This document shows, piece by piece, positions 14,301-28,200 of a DNA stretch of 64,000 bases. A model generated the notes under the pieces. It ran no database searches. It was not told the DNA's origin and worked only from the letters and a program-made list of their open reading frames with translations. This DNA comes from Eledone cirrhosa. Its lineage: Eukaryota. Each line of letters begins with the position of its first letter. Within the stretch, counting starts at the first letter, position 1. The stretch covers positions 778,315-842,314 of the forward strand of contig CAXHJY010001477.1 of NCBI GenBank assembly GCA_964016885.1, in the 5' to 3' direction. The translations under genes and the position numbers were made by a program.

Positions 14301-16199
14301 GACATACCAAGAGACAGTACAGTACAGTACACAGTCACATATATACCCTGCTATTGTAGTGTAGTGACATACCAAGAGAGAGTACAGTACACAGTCACAT
14401 ATATACCCTGCTATTGTAGTGTAGTGACATACCAAGAGACAGTACAGTACAGTACTGTACACAGTCACATATATACCTTGCTATTGTAGTGTAGTAACAT
14501 ACCAAGAGACAGTACAGTACACAGTCACATATATACCCTGCTATTGTAGTGTAGTGACATACCAAGAGACAGTACAGTACAGTCACATATATATCCTGCT
14601 ATTGTAATGTAGTGACATACCAAGAAACAGTACAGTACAGTACACACATATACCCTGCTATTGTAGTGTAGTCACATACCAAGAGACAGTACAGTACAGT
14701 ACACAGTCACATATATACCCTGCTATTGTAGTGTAGTGACATACCAAGAGACAGTACAGTACAGTACACAGTCACATATATACCCTGCTATTGTAGTGTA
14801 GTGACATACCAAGAGACAGTACAGTACAGTACAGTACACAGTCACATATATACCCTGCTATTGTAGTGTAGTGACATACCAAGAGACAGTACAGTACGGT
14901 ACACAGTCACATATATACCCTGCTATTGTAGTGTAGGGACATACCAAGAGACAGTACAGTACAGTACACAGTCACATATATACCCTGCTATTGTAGTGTA
15001 GTGACATACCAAGAGAGAGTACAGTAGACAGTCACATATATACCCTGCTATTGTAGTGTAGTAACATACCAAGAGACAGTACAGTACAGTACACAGTCAC
15101 ATATATACCCTGCTGTTGTAGTGTAGTGACATACCAAGAGACAGTACAGTACAGTACAGTACACAGTCACATATATACCCTGCTATTGTAGTGTAGTGAC
15201 ATACCAAGAGAGAGTACAGTACAGTACACAGACACATATATACCCTGCTATTGTAGTGTAGTGACATACCAAGAGACAGTACAGTACAGTACAGTACAGT
15301 ACACAGTCACATATATACCCTGCTAGTGTAGTGTAGTGACATACCAAGAGACAGTAGAGTACAGTACACAGTCACATATATACCCTGCTATTGTAGTGTA
15401 GTGTCATACCAAGAGATAGTACAGTACAGTACAGTACACAGTCACATATATACCCTGCTATTGTAGTGTAGTGACATACCAAGAGACAGTACAGTACAGT
15501 ACAGTACAGTACACAGTCACATATATACCCTGCTAGTGTAGTGTAGTGACATACCAAGAGACAGTAGAGTATATTACACAGTCACATATATACCCTGCTA
15601 TTGTAGTGTAGTGACATACCAAGAGACAGTACAGTACAGTACAGTACAGTCACATATATACCCTGCTATTGTAGTGTAGTGACATACCAAGAGACAGTAC
15701 AGTACAGTACACAGTCCCATATATACCCTGCTATTGTAGTGTAGTGACATACCAAGAGACAGTACAGTACAGTACAGTCACATATATACCCTGCTATTGT
15801 AGTGTAGTGACATACCAAGAGACAGTACAGTACAGTACACAGTCACATATATACCCTGCTATTGTAGTGTAGTGACATACCAAGAGACAGTACAGTACAG
15901 TACACAGTCACATATATACCCTGCTATTGTAGTGTAGTGGCATACCAAGTGATAGTACAGTACAGTACAGTACACAGTCACATATATACCCTGCTATTGT
16001 AGTGTAGTGACATACCAAGAGACAGTACAGTACAGTACAGTCACATATATACCCTGCTATTTTAGTGTAGTGACATACCAGGAGACATTACAGTACACTG
16101 TCACATATATACCCTGCTATTGTAGTGTAGTGACATACCAAGAGACAGTACAGTACACTACACAGTCACATATATACCCTGCTATTGTAGTGTAGTGAC

Positions 16200-19100
16200 A
16201 TACCAAGAGACAGTACAGTACACAGTCACATATATACCCTGCTATTGTAGTGTAGTTACATACCAAGAGACAGTACAGTACAGTCACATATATAGCCTGC
16301 TATTGTAGTGAAGTGACATACCAAGAGACAGTACAATACACAGTCACATATATACCCTGCTATTGTAGTGTAGTGACATACCAAGAGACAGTACAGTACA
16401 GTCACATATATACCCTGCTATTGTAGTGTAGTGACATACCAAGAGACAGTACAGTACAGTCACATATATACCCTGCTATTGTAGTGTAGTGACATACCAA
16501 GAGACAGTACAGTACAGTACACAGTCACATATATACCCTGCTATTGCAGTGTAGTGACATACCAAGAGACAGTACAGTACAGTACACAGTCACATATATA
16601 CCCTGCTATTGTAGTGTAGTGACATACCAAGAGACAGTACAGTACAGTACACAGTCACATATATACCCTGCTATTGTAGTGTAGTGACATACCAAGAGAC
16701 AGTACAGTACAGTACACAGTCACATATATACCCTGCTATTGTAGTGTAGTGACATACCAAGAGACAGTACAGTACAGTACACAGTCACATATATGCCCTG
16801 CTATTGTAGTGTAGTGACATACCAAGAGACAGTACAGTACAGTACAGTACAGTCACATATATACCCTGCTATTGTAGTGTAGTGACATACCAAGAGACAG
16901 TACAGTACAGTCCACAGCCACATATATACCCTGCTATTGTAGTGTAGTGACATACCAAGATATAGTACAGTACAGTACAGTACACAGTCACATATATACC
17001 CTGCTATTGTAGTGTAGTGACATACCAAGAGACAGTACAGTACAGTACAGTCACATATATACCCTGCTATTGTAGGGTACTGACATACCAAGAGACAGTA
17101 CAGTAGAGTACACAGTCACATATATACTCTGCTATTGTAGTGTAGTGACATACCAAGAGACAGTACAGTACAGTCACATATATACTCTGCTATTGTAGTG
17201 TAGTGACATACCAAGAGACAGTACAGTACAGTACACAGTCACATATATACCCTGCTATTGTAGTGTAGTGACATACCAAGAGACTGTACAGTACAGTACA
17301 GTCACATATATACCCTGCTATTGTAGTGTAGTGACATACCAAGAGACAGTACAGTACAGTACAGTACACAGTCACATATATACCCTGCTATTGTAGTGTA
17401 GTGACATGCCAAGAGACAGTACAGTAGTCACATATATACCCTGCTATTGTAGTGTAGTGACATACCAAGAGACAGTACAGTACAGTACACAGTCACATAT
17501 ATAACCTGCTATTGTAGTGTAGTGACATACCAAGAGAGAGTACAGTACACAGTCACATATATACCCTGCTATTGTAGTTTAGTAACATACCAAGAGACAG
17601 TACAGTACACAGTCACATATATACCCTGTTATTGTAGTGTAGTGACATACCAAGAGACAGTACAGTCAGATATATACCCTGCTATTGTAATGTAGTGACA
17701 TACCAAGAAACAGTACAGTACAGTACACAGTCACATATATACCCTGCTATTGTAGTGTAGTGACATACCAAGAGACAGTACGGTACAGTACACAGTCACA
17801 TATATACCCTGCTATTGTAGTGTAGTGACATACCAAGAGAGAGTACAGTACAGTACTGTACACAGTCACATATATACCCTGCTATTGTAGTGTAGTGACA
17901 TACAAAGAGACAGTACAGTACAGTACAGTCACATATATACCCTGCTATTGTAGTGTAGTGACATGCCAAGAGACAGTACAGTACAGTACACAGTCACATA
18001 TATACCCTGCTATTGTAGTGTAGTGACATACCAAGAGACAGTACAGTACAGTACACAGTCACATATATACCCTGCTATTGTAGTGTAGTGACATACCAAG
18101 AAACAGTACAGTACACAGTCACATATATACCCTGCTATTGTAGTGTAGTGACATACCAAGAGACGGTACAGTACACAGTCACATATATACCCTGCTATTG
18201 TAATGTAGTGACATACCAAGAGAGAGTACAGTACAGTACTGTACACAGTCACATATATACTCTGCTATTGTAGTGTAGTGACATACAAAGAGACAGTACA
18301 GTACAGTACAGTCACATATATACCCTGCTACTGTAGTGTAGTGACATACCACGAGACAGTACAGTACACAGTCACATATATACCCTGCTATTGTAATGTA
18401 GTGACATACCAAGAGACAGTACAGTACAGTACAGTACAGTCACATATATACCCTGCTATTGTAGTGTAGTGACATACCAAGAGACAATAGTACACAGTCA
18501 CATATATACCCTGCTATTGTAAAGTAGTGACATACCAAGATACAGTACAGTACAGTACACAGTCACATATATACCCTGCTATTGTAGTGGAGTGACATAC
18601 CAAGAGACAGTACAGTACACAGTCACATATATACCCTGCTATTGTAATGTAGTGACATACCAAGAGACAGTACAGTACAGTACACAGTCACATATATACC
18701 CTGCTATTGTAGTGTAGTGACATACCAAGAGACAGTACAGTACACAGTCACATATATATCCTGCTATTGTAGTGTAGTGACATACCAAGAGACAGTACAG
18801 TACACAGTCACATATATACCCTGCTATTGTAGTGTAGTGACATACCAAGAGACAGTACAGTACAGTACACAGTCACATATATACCCTGCTATTGTAGTAT
18901 AGTGACATACCAAGAGACAGTACAGTACACAGTCACATATACACCCTGCTATTGTAGTGTAGTGACATACCAAGAGACAGTACAGTATAGTACACAGTCA
19001 CATATATACCCTGCTATTGTAGTGTAGTGACATACCAAGAGACAGTACAGTACAGTACACAGTCACATATATACCCTGCTATTGTAGTGTAGTGACATAC

Positions 19101-20400
19101 CAAGAGACAGTACAGTACACTACAGTCACATATATACCCTGCTATTGTAGTGTAGTGACATACCAAGAGACAGTACAGTACACAGTCACATATATACCCT
19201 GCTATTGTAGTGTAGTGACATACCAAGAGACAGTACAGTACAGTCACATATATACCCTGCTATTGTAGTGTAGTGACATACCAAGAGACAGTAGAGTAGA
19301 CAGTCACATATATACCCTGCTATTGTAGTGTAGTGACATACCAAGAGACAGTACAGTACAGTACAGTCACATATATACCCTGCTATTGTAGTGTAGTGAC
19401 ATACCAAGAGACAGTACAGTACACAGTCACATATATACCCTGCTATTGTAGTGTAGTGACATACCAAGAGACAGTACAGTACAGTCACATATATACCCTG
19501 CTATTGTAGTGTAGTGACATACCAAGAGACAGTAGAGTAGACAGTCACATATATACCCTGCTATTGTAGTGTAGTGACATACCAAGAGACAGTACAGTAC
19601 ACTACACAGTCACATATATACCCTGCTATTGTAGTGTAGTGACATACCAAGAGACAGTACAGTACACAGTCACATATATACCCTGCTATTGTAGTGTAGT
19701 TACATACCAAGAGACAGTACAGTACAGTCACATATATACCCTGCTATTTTAGTGAAGTGACATACCAAGAGACAGTACAGTACACAGTCACATATATACC
19801 CTGCTATTGTAGTGTAGTGACATACCAAGAGACAGTACAGTACAGTACAGTCACATATATACCCTGCTATTGTAGTGTAGTGACATACCAAGAGACAGTA
19901 CAGTACACGGTCACATATATACCCTGCTATTGTAGTGTAGTGACATACCAAGAGACAGTACAGTACAGTACAGTCACATATATACCCTGCTATTGTAGTG
20001 TAGTGACATACCAAGAGACAGTACAGTACAGTCACATATATACCCTGCTATTGTAATGTAGTGACATACCAAGAGACAGTACAGTACAGTACAGTCACAT
20101 ATATACCCTGCTATTGTAGTGTAGTGACATACCAAGAGACAGTACAGTAACAGTACAGTCACATATATACCCTGCTATTGTAGTGTAGTGACATACCAAG
20201 AGACAGTACAGTACACAGTCACATATATACCCTGCTATTGTAGTGTAGTGACATACCAAGAGACAGTACAGTAGAGTACAGTCACATATATACCCTGCTA
20301 TTGTAGTGTAGTGACATACCAAGAGACAGTACAGTACACAGTCACATATATACCCTGCTATTGTAGTGTAGAGACATACCAAGAGACAGTACAGTACACT
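16200..20400. repeat. Low-order (monomeric-like) zone of the same satellite with many singleton variants
   Basis: Variants I did not see repeated elsewhere: TGTAGGGTACTG (~17075), AGACTGTAC (~17285), GAGACAATAGTAC (~18485), CCACGAG (~18352), TTGCAG (~16546). No multi-kb period is visible by eye. Confidence 0.7.
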
Positions 20401-22249
20401 ACACAGTCACATATATACCCTGCTATTGTAGTGTAGTGACATACCAAGAGACAGTACAGTACACAGTCACATATATACCCTGCTATTGTAGTGTAGTGAC
20501 ATACGAAGAGACAGTACAGTACAGTACACAGTCACATATATACCCTGCTATTGTAGTGTAGTGACATACCAAGAGACAGTACAGTACACTACACAGTCAC
20601 ATATATACCCTGCTATTGTAGTGTAGTGACATACCAAGAGACAGTACAGTACAGTACAGTCACATATATACCCTGCTATTGTAGTGTAGTGACATACCAA
20701 GAGACAGTACAGTACACAGTCACATATATACCCTGCTATTGTAGTGTAGTGACACACCAAGAGACAGTACAGTACAGTACAGTCACATATATACCCTGCT
20801 ATTGTAGTGTAGTGACATACCAAGAGACAGTACAGTACAGTACAGTACACTGTCACATATATACCCTGCTATTGTAGTGTAGTGACATACCAAGAGATAG
20901 TACAGTACAGTACAGTACAGTACACAGTCACATATATTCCCTGCTATTGTAGTGTAGTGACATACCAAGAGACAGTACAGTACAGTACAGTACACAGCCA
21001 CATATATACCCTGCTATTGTAGTGACATACCAAGAGACAGTACAGTACAGTACAGTCACATATATACCTTGCTATTGTAGTGTAGTGCCATACCAAGATA
21101 GAGTACAGTACACAGTCACATATATACCCTGCTATTGTAGTGTAGTGACATACCAAGAGACAGTACAGTACAGTACAGTACACAGTCACATATATACCCT
21201 GCTATTGTTGTGTAGTGACATACCAAGAGACAGTACAGTACAGTACAGTACACAGTCACATATATACCCTGCTATTGTAGTGTAGTGACATACCAAGAGA
21301 CAGTACAGTACATTACAGTACACAGTCACATATATACCCTGCTATTGTAGTGTAGTGACATACCAAGAGAGAGTACAGTACAGTACAGTCACATATATAC
21401 CCTGCTATCGTAGTGTAGTGACAAACCAAGAGAGAGTACAGTACACAGTCACATATATACCCTGCTATTGTAGTGTAGTGACATACCAAGAGACAGTACA
21501 GTACAGTACACAGTCACATATATACCCTGCTATTGTAGTGTAGTGACATACCAAGAGACAGTACAGTACAGTACACAGTCACATATATACCCTGCTATTG
21601 TAGTGTAGTGACATACCAAGAGACAGTACAGTACAGTACACAGTCACATATATACCCTGCTATTGTAGTGTAGTGACATACCAAGAGAGAGTACAGTACA
21701 CAGTCACATATATACCCTGCTATTGTAGTGTAGTGACATACCAAGAGACAGTACAGTACAGTACTGTACACAGTCACATATATACCCTGCTATTGTAGTG
21801 TAGTAACATACCAAGAGACAGTACAGTACACAGTCACATATATACCCTGCTATTGTAGTGTAGTGACATACCAAGAGACAGTACAGTACAGTCACATATA
21901 TACCCTGCTATTGTAATGTAGTGACATACCAAGAAACAGTACAGTACAGTACACAGTCACATATATACCCTGCTATTGTAGTGTAGTCACATACCAAGAG
22001 ACAGTACAGTACAGTACACAGTCACATATATACCCTGCTATTGTAGTGTAGTGACATACCAAGAGACAGTACAGTACAGTACACAGTCACATATATACTC
22101 TGCTATTGTAGTGTAGTGACATACCAAGAGAGAGTACAGTACACAGTCACATATATACCCTGCTATTGTAGTGTAGTGACATACCAAGAGACAGTGCAGT
22201 ACAGTACACAGTCACATATATACCCTGCTGTTGTAGTGTAGTGACATAC

Positions 22250-25200
22250 CAAGAGACAGTACAGTACAGTACAGTACACAGTCACATATATACCCTGCTA
22301 TTGTAGTGTAGTGACATACCAAGAGACAGTACAGTACAGTACACAGACACATATATACCCTGCTATTGTAGTGTAGTGACATACCAAGAGACAGTACAGT
22401 ACAGTACAGTACAGTACACAGTCACATATATACCCTGCTAGTGTAGTGTAGTGACATACCAAGAGACAGTAGAGTACAGTACACAGTCACATATATACCC
22501 TGCTATTGTAGTGTAGTGTCATACCAAGAGATAGTACAGTACAGTACAGTACACAGTCACATATATACCCTGCTATTGTAGTGTAGTGACATACCAAGAG
22601 ACAGTACAGTACAGTACAGTACAGTACAGTACACAGTCACATATATACCCTGCTAGTGTAGTGTAGTGACATACCAAGAGACAGTAGAGTAGAGTACACA
22701 GTCACATATATACCCTGCTATTGTAGTGTAGTGACATACCAAGAGAGAGTACAGTACAGTACAGTCACATATATACCCTGCTATTGTAGTGTAGTGACAT
22801 ACCAAGAGACAGTACAGTACAGTACACAGTCACATATATACCCTGCTATTGTAGTGTAGTGACATACCAAGAGACAGTACAGTACAGTACACAGTCACAT
22901 ATATACCCTGCTATTGTAGTGTAGTGACATACCAAGAGATAGTACAGTACAGTACAGTACACAGTCACATATATACCCTGCTATTGTAGTGTAGTGACAT
23001 ACCAAGAGACAGTACAGTACAGTACAGTCACATATATACCCTGCTATTTTAGTGTAGTGACATACCAGGAGACAGTACAGTACACAGTCACATGTATACC
23101 CTACTATTGTAGTGTAGTGACATACCAAGAGACAGTACAGTACAGTACACAGTCACATATATACCCTGCTATTGTAGTGTAGTGATATACCAAGAGACAG
23201 TACAGTACACAGTCACATATATACCCTGCTATTGTAGTGTAGTGACATATCAAGAGACAGTACAGTACAGTACAGTCACATATATACCCTGCTATTGTAG
23301 TGTAGTGACATACCAAGAGACAGTACAGTACACAGTCACATATATACCCTGCTATTGTAGTGTAGTGACATACCAAGAGACAGTACAGTACAGTCACATA
23401 TATACCCTGCTATTGTAGTGTAGTGACATACCAAGAGACAGTACAGTACAGTACACAGTCACATATATACCCTGCTATTGTAGTGTAGTGACATACCAAG
23501 AGACAGTACAGTACAGTACACAGTCACATATATACCGTGCTATTGTAGTGTAGTGACATACCAAGAGACAGTACAGTACAGTACAGTACACAGTCACATA
23601 TATACCCTGCTATTGTAGTGTAGTGACATACCAAGAGACAGTACAGTACAGTACACAGTCACATATATACCCTGCTATTGTAGTTTAGTGACATACCAAG
23701 AGACAGTAAAGTACAGTACAGTACAGTCACATATATACCCTGCTATTGTAGTGTAGTGACATACCAAGAGACAGTACAGTACAGTACACAGTCACATATA
23801 TACCCTGCTATTTTAGTGTAGTGACATACCAAGATATAGTACAGTACAGTACAGTACACAGTCACATATATACCCTGCTATAGTAGTGTAGTGACATACC
23901 AAGAGACAGTACAGTACAGTACAGTCACATATATACCCTGCTATTGTAGTGTAGTGACATACCAAGAGACAGTACAGTAACAGTACAGTCACATATATAC
24001 CCTGCTTATGTAGTGTAGTGACATACCAAGAGACAGTACAGTACAGTACACAGTCCCATATATACCCTGCTATTGTAGTGTAGTGACATACCAAGAGACA
24101 GTACAGTACAGTACAGTACACAGTCACAAATATACCCTGCTATTGTAGTGTATTGACATACCAAGAGACAGTACAGTACACAGTCACATATATACCCTGC
24201 TATTGTAGTGTAGTGACACACCAAGAGACAGTACAGTACAGTACAGTCACATATATACCCTGCTATTGTAGTGTAGTGACATACCAAGAGACAGTACAGT
24301 ACAGTACAGTCACATATATACCCTGCTATTGTAGTGTAGTGACATACCAAGAGACAGTACAGTACAGTACACAGTCACATATATACCCTGCTATTGTAGT
24401 GTAGTGACATACCAAGAGACAGTACAGTACAGTACACAGTCACATATATACCCTGCTATTGTAGTGTAGTGACATAGCAAGAGACAGTACAGTACAGTCA
24501 CATATATACCCTGCTATTGTAGTGTAGTGACAGAACAAGAGACAGTACAGTACAGTACACAGTGACATATATACCCTGCTATTGTAGTGTAGTGACATAC
24601 CAAGAGACAGTACAGTACAGTACACAGTCACATATATACCCTGCTATTGTAATGTAGTGACATACCAAGAGACAGTACAGTACAGTACAGCCACATATAT
24701 ACCCTGCTATTGTAGTGTAGTGACATAGCAAGAGACAGTACAGTACACAGTCACATATATACCCTGCTATTGTAGTGTAGTGACATACCAAGAGACAGTA
24801 CAGTACAGTACACAGTGACATATATACCCTGCTATTGTAGTGTAGTGACATACCAAGAGACAGTACAGTACAGTACAGTACACAGTCACAAATATACCCT
24901 GCTATTGTAGTGTAGTGACATACCAAGATACAGTACAGTACACAGTCACATATATACCCTGCTATTGTAGTGTAGTGACATACCAAGAGGCAGTACAGTA
25001 CAGTCACATATATACCCTGCTATTGTAGTGTAGTGACATACCAAGAGACAGTACAGTACAGTACACAGTCACATATATACCCTGCTATTGTAGTGTAGTG
25101 ACATACCAAGAGAGAGTACAGTACAGTACAGTACAGTCACATATATACCCTGCTATTGTATTGTAGTGACATACCAAGAGACAGTACAGTACAGTACAGT

Positions 25201-28200
25201 ACACAGTCACATATATACCCTGCTATTGTAGTGTAGTGACATACCAAGAGACAGTACAGTACAGTACACAGTCACATATATACCCTGCCATTGTAGTGTA
25301 GTGACATACCAAGAGATAGTACAGTACAGTACAGTACACAGTCACATATATACCCTGCTATTGTAGTGTAGTGACATACCAAGAGACAGTACAGTACAGT
25401 ACACAGTCACATATATACCCTGCTATTGTAGTGTAGTGACATACCAAGAGACAGTACAGTACAGTCACATATATACCCTGCTATTGTAGTGTAGTGACAT
25501 ACCAAGAGACAGTACAGTACACAGTCACATATATACCCTGCTATTGTAGTGTAGTGACATACCAAGAGACAGTACAGTACAGTACAGTCACATATATACC
25601 CTGCTATTGTAGTGTAGTGACATACCAAGAAACAGTACAGTACAGTACAGTACAGTACACAGTCACATATATACCCTGCTATTGTAGTGTAGTGACATAC
25701 CAAGAGACAGTACACTACAGTACAGTACACAGTCACATATATACCCTGCTATTGTAATGTAGTGACATACCAAGAGACAGTACAGTACAGTACAGTCACA
25801 TATATACCCTGCTATTGTAGTGTAGTGACATACCAAGAGACAGTACAGTACACAGTCACATATATACCCTGCTATTGTAAAGTAGTGACATACCAAGAGA
25901 CAGTACAGTACAGTCCACAGTCACATATATACCCTGCTATTGTAGTGTAGTGACATACCAAGAGACAGTACAGTACACAGTCACATATATACCCTGCTAT
26001 TGTAGTGTAGTGACATACCAAGAGACAGTACAGTACAGTACACAGTCACATATATACCCTGCTATTGTAGTGTAGTGACATACCAAGAGACAGTACAGTA
26101 CAGTCACATATATACCCTGCTATTGTAGTGTAGTGACATACCAAGAGACAGTACAGTACAGTACACAGTGACATATATACCCTGCTATTGTAGTGTAGTG
26201 ACATACCAAGAGACAGTACAGTACAGTACAGTACACAGTCACAAATATACCCTGCTATTGTAGTGTAGTGACATACCAAGATACAGTACAGTACACAGTC
26301 ACATATATACCCTGCTATTGTAGTGTAGTGACATACCAAGAGACAGTACAGTACAGTCACATATATACCCTGCTATTGTAGTGTAGTGACATACCAAGAG
26401 ACAGTACAGTACAGTACAGTCACATATATACCCTGCTATTGTAGTGTAGTGACATACCAAGAGAGAGTACAGTACAGTACAGTACAGTACAGTCACATAT
26501 ATACCCTGCTATTGTAGTGTAGTGACATACCAAGAGACAGTACAGTACAGTACAGTACACAGTCACATATATACCCTGCTATTGTAGTGTAGTGACATAC
26601 CAAGAGACAGTACAGTACAGTACACAGTCACATATATACCCTGCTATTGTAGTGTAGTGACATACCAAGAGACAGTACAGTACAGTACAGTCACATATAT
26701 ACCCTGCTATTGTAGTGTAGTGACATACCAAGAGACAGTACAGTACACAGTCACATATATACCCTGCTATTGTAGTGTAGTGACATACCAAGAGACAGTA
26801 CAGTACAGTACAGTCACATATATACCCTGCTATTGTAGTGTAGTGACATACCAAGAAACAGTACAGTACAGTACAGTACAGTACACAGTCACATATATAC
26901 CCTGCTATTGTAGTGTAGTGACATACCAAGAGACAGTACACTACAGTACAGTACACAGTCACATATATACCCTGCTATTGTATTGTAGTGACATACCAAG
27001 AGACAGTACAGTACAGTACAGTCACATATATACCCTGCTATTGTAGTGTAGTGACATACCAAGAGACAGTACAGTACACAGTCACATATATACCCTGCTA
27101 TTGTAAAGTAGTGACATACCAAGAGACAGTACAGTACAGTACACAGTCACATATATACCCTGCTATTGTAGTGTAGTGACATACCAAGAGACAGTACAGT
27201 CACATATATACCCTGCTATTGTAGTGTAGTGACATACCAAGAGACAGTACAGTACAGTACACAGTCACATATATACCCTGCTATTGTAGTGTAGTGACAT
27301 ACCAAGAGACAGTACAGTACAGTACAGTACAGTACACAGTCACATATATACCCTGCTAGTGTAGTGTAGTGACATACCAAGAGACAGTACAGTACAGTAC
27401 AGTACAGTACACAGTCACATATATACCCTGCTAGTGTAGTGTAGTGACATACCAAGAGACAGTAGAGTAGAGTACACAGTCACATATATACCCTGCTATT
27501 GTAGTGTAGTGACATACCAAGAGAGAGTACAGTACAGTACAGTCACATATATACCCTGCTATTGTAGTGTAGTGACATACCAAGAGACAGTACAGTACAG
27601 TACACAGTCACATATATACCCTGCTATTGTAGTGTAGTGACATACCAAGAGATAGTACAGTACAGTACACAGTCACATATATACCCTGCTATTGTAGTGT
27701 AGTGACATACCAAGAGACAGTACAGTACAGTACAGTCACATATATACCCTGCTATTTTAGTGTAGTGACATACCAGGAGACAGTACAGTACACAGTCACA
27801 TGTATACCCTACTATTGTAGTGTAGTGACATACCAAGAGACAGTACAGTACAGTACAGTACACAGTCACATATATACCCTGCTATTGTAGTGTAGTGATA
27901 TACCAAGAGACAGTACAGTACACAGTCACATATATACCCTGCTATTGTAGTGTAGTGACATATCAAGAGACAGTACAGTACAGTACAGTCACATATATAC
28001 CCTGCTATTGTAGTGTAGTGACATACCAAGAGACAGTACAGTACACAGTCACATATATACCCTGCTATTGTAGTGTAGTGACATACCAAGAGACAGTACA
28101 GTACAGTCACATATATACCCTGCTATTGTAGTGTAGTGACATACCAAGAGACAGTACAGTACAGTACACAGTCACATATATACCCTGCTATTGTAGTGTA

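Larger units (their letters stand above)
1..15155. repeat. HOR domain 1: two near-identical copies of a 6782-bp unit, the first lengthened to 8397 bp by an internal 1615-bp duplication
   Basis: Identical ORF translations recur at offset 8397 (5/8402, 1529/9926, 2774/11171) and at offset 6782 (4389/11171, 6365/13147, 7329/14111); 8397-6782=1615. Shared private variants include CTGAGAG (~584/~8981), AAGTGATAG (2717/11114) and a shortened monomer (7861/14643). The match breaks at ~8374 vs ~15156. Confidence 0.93.
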
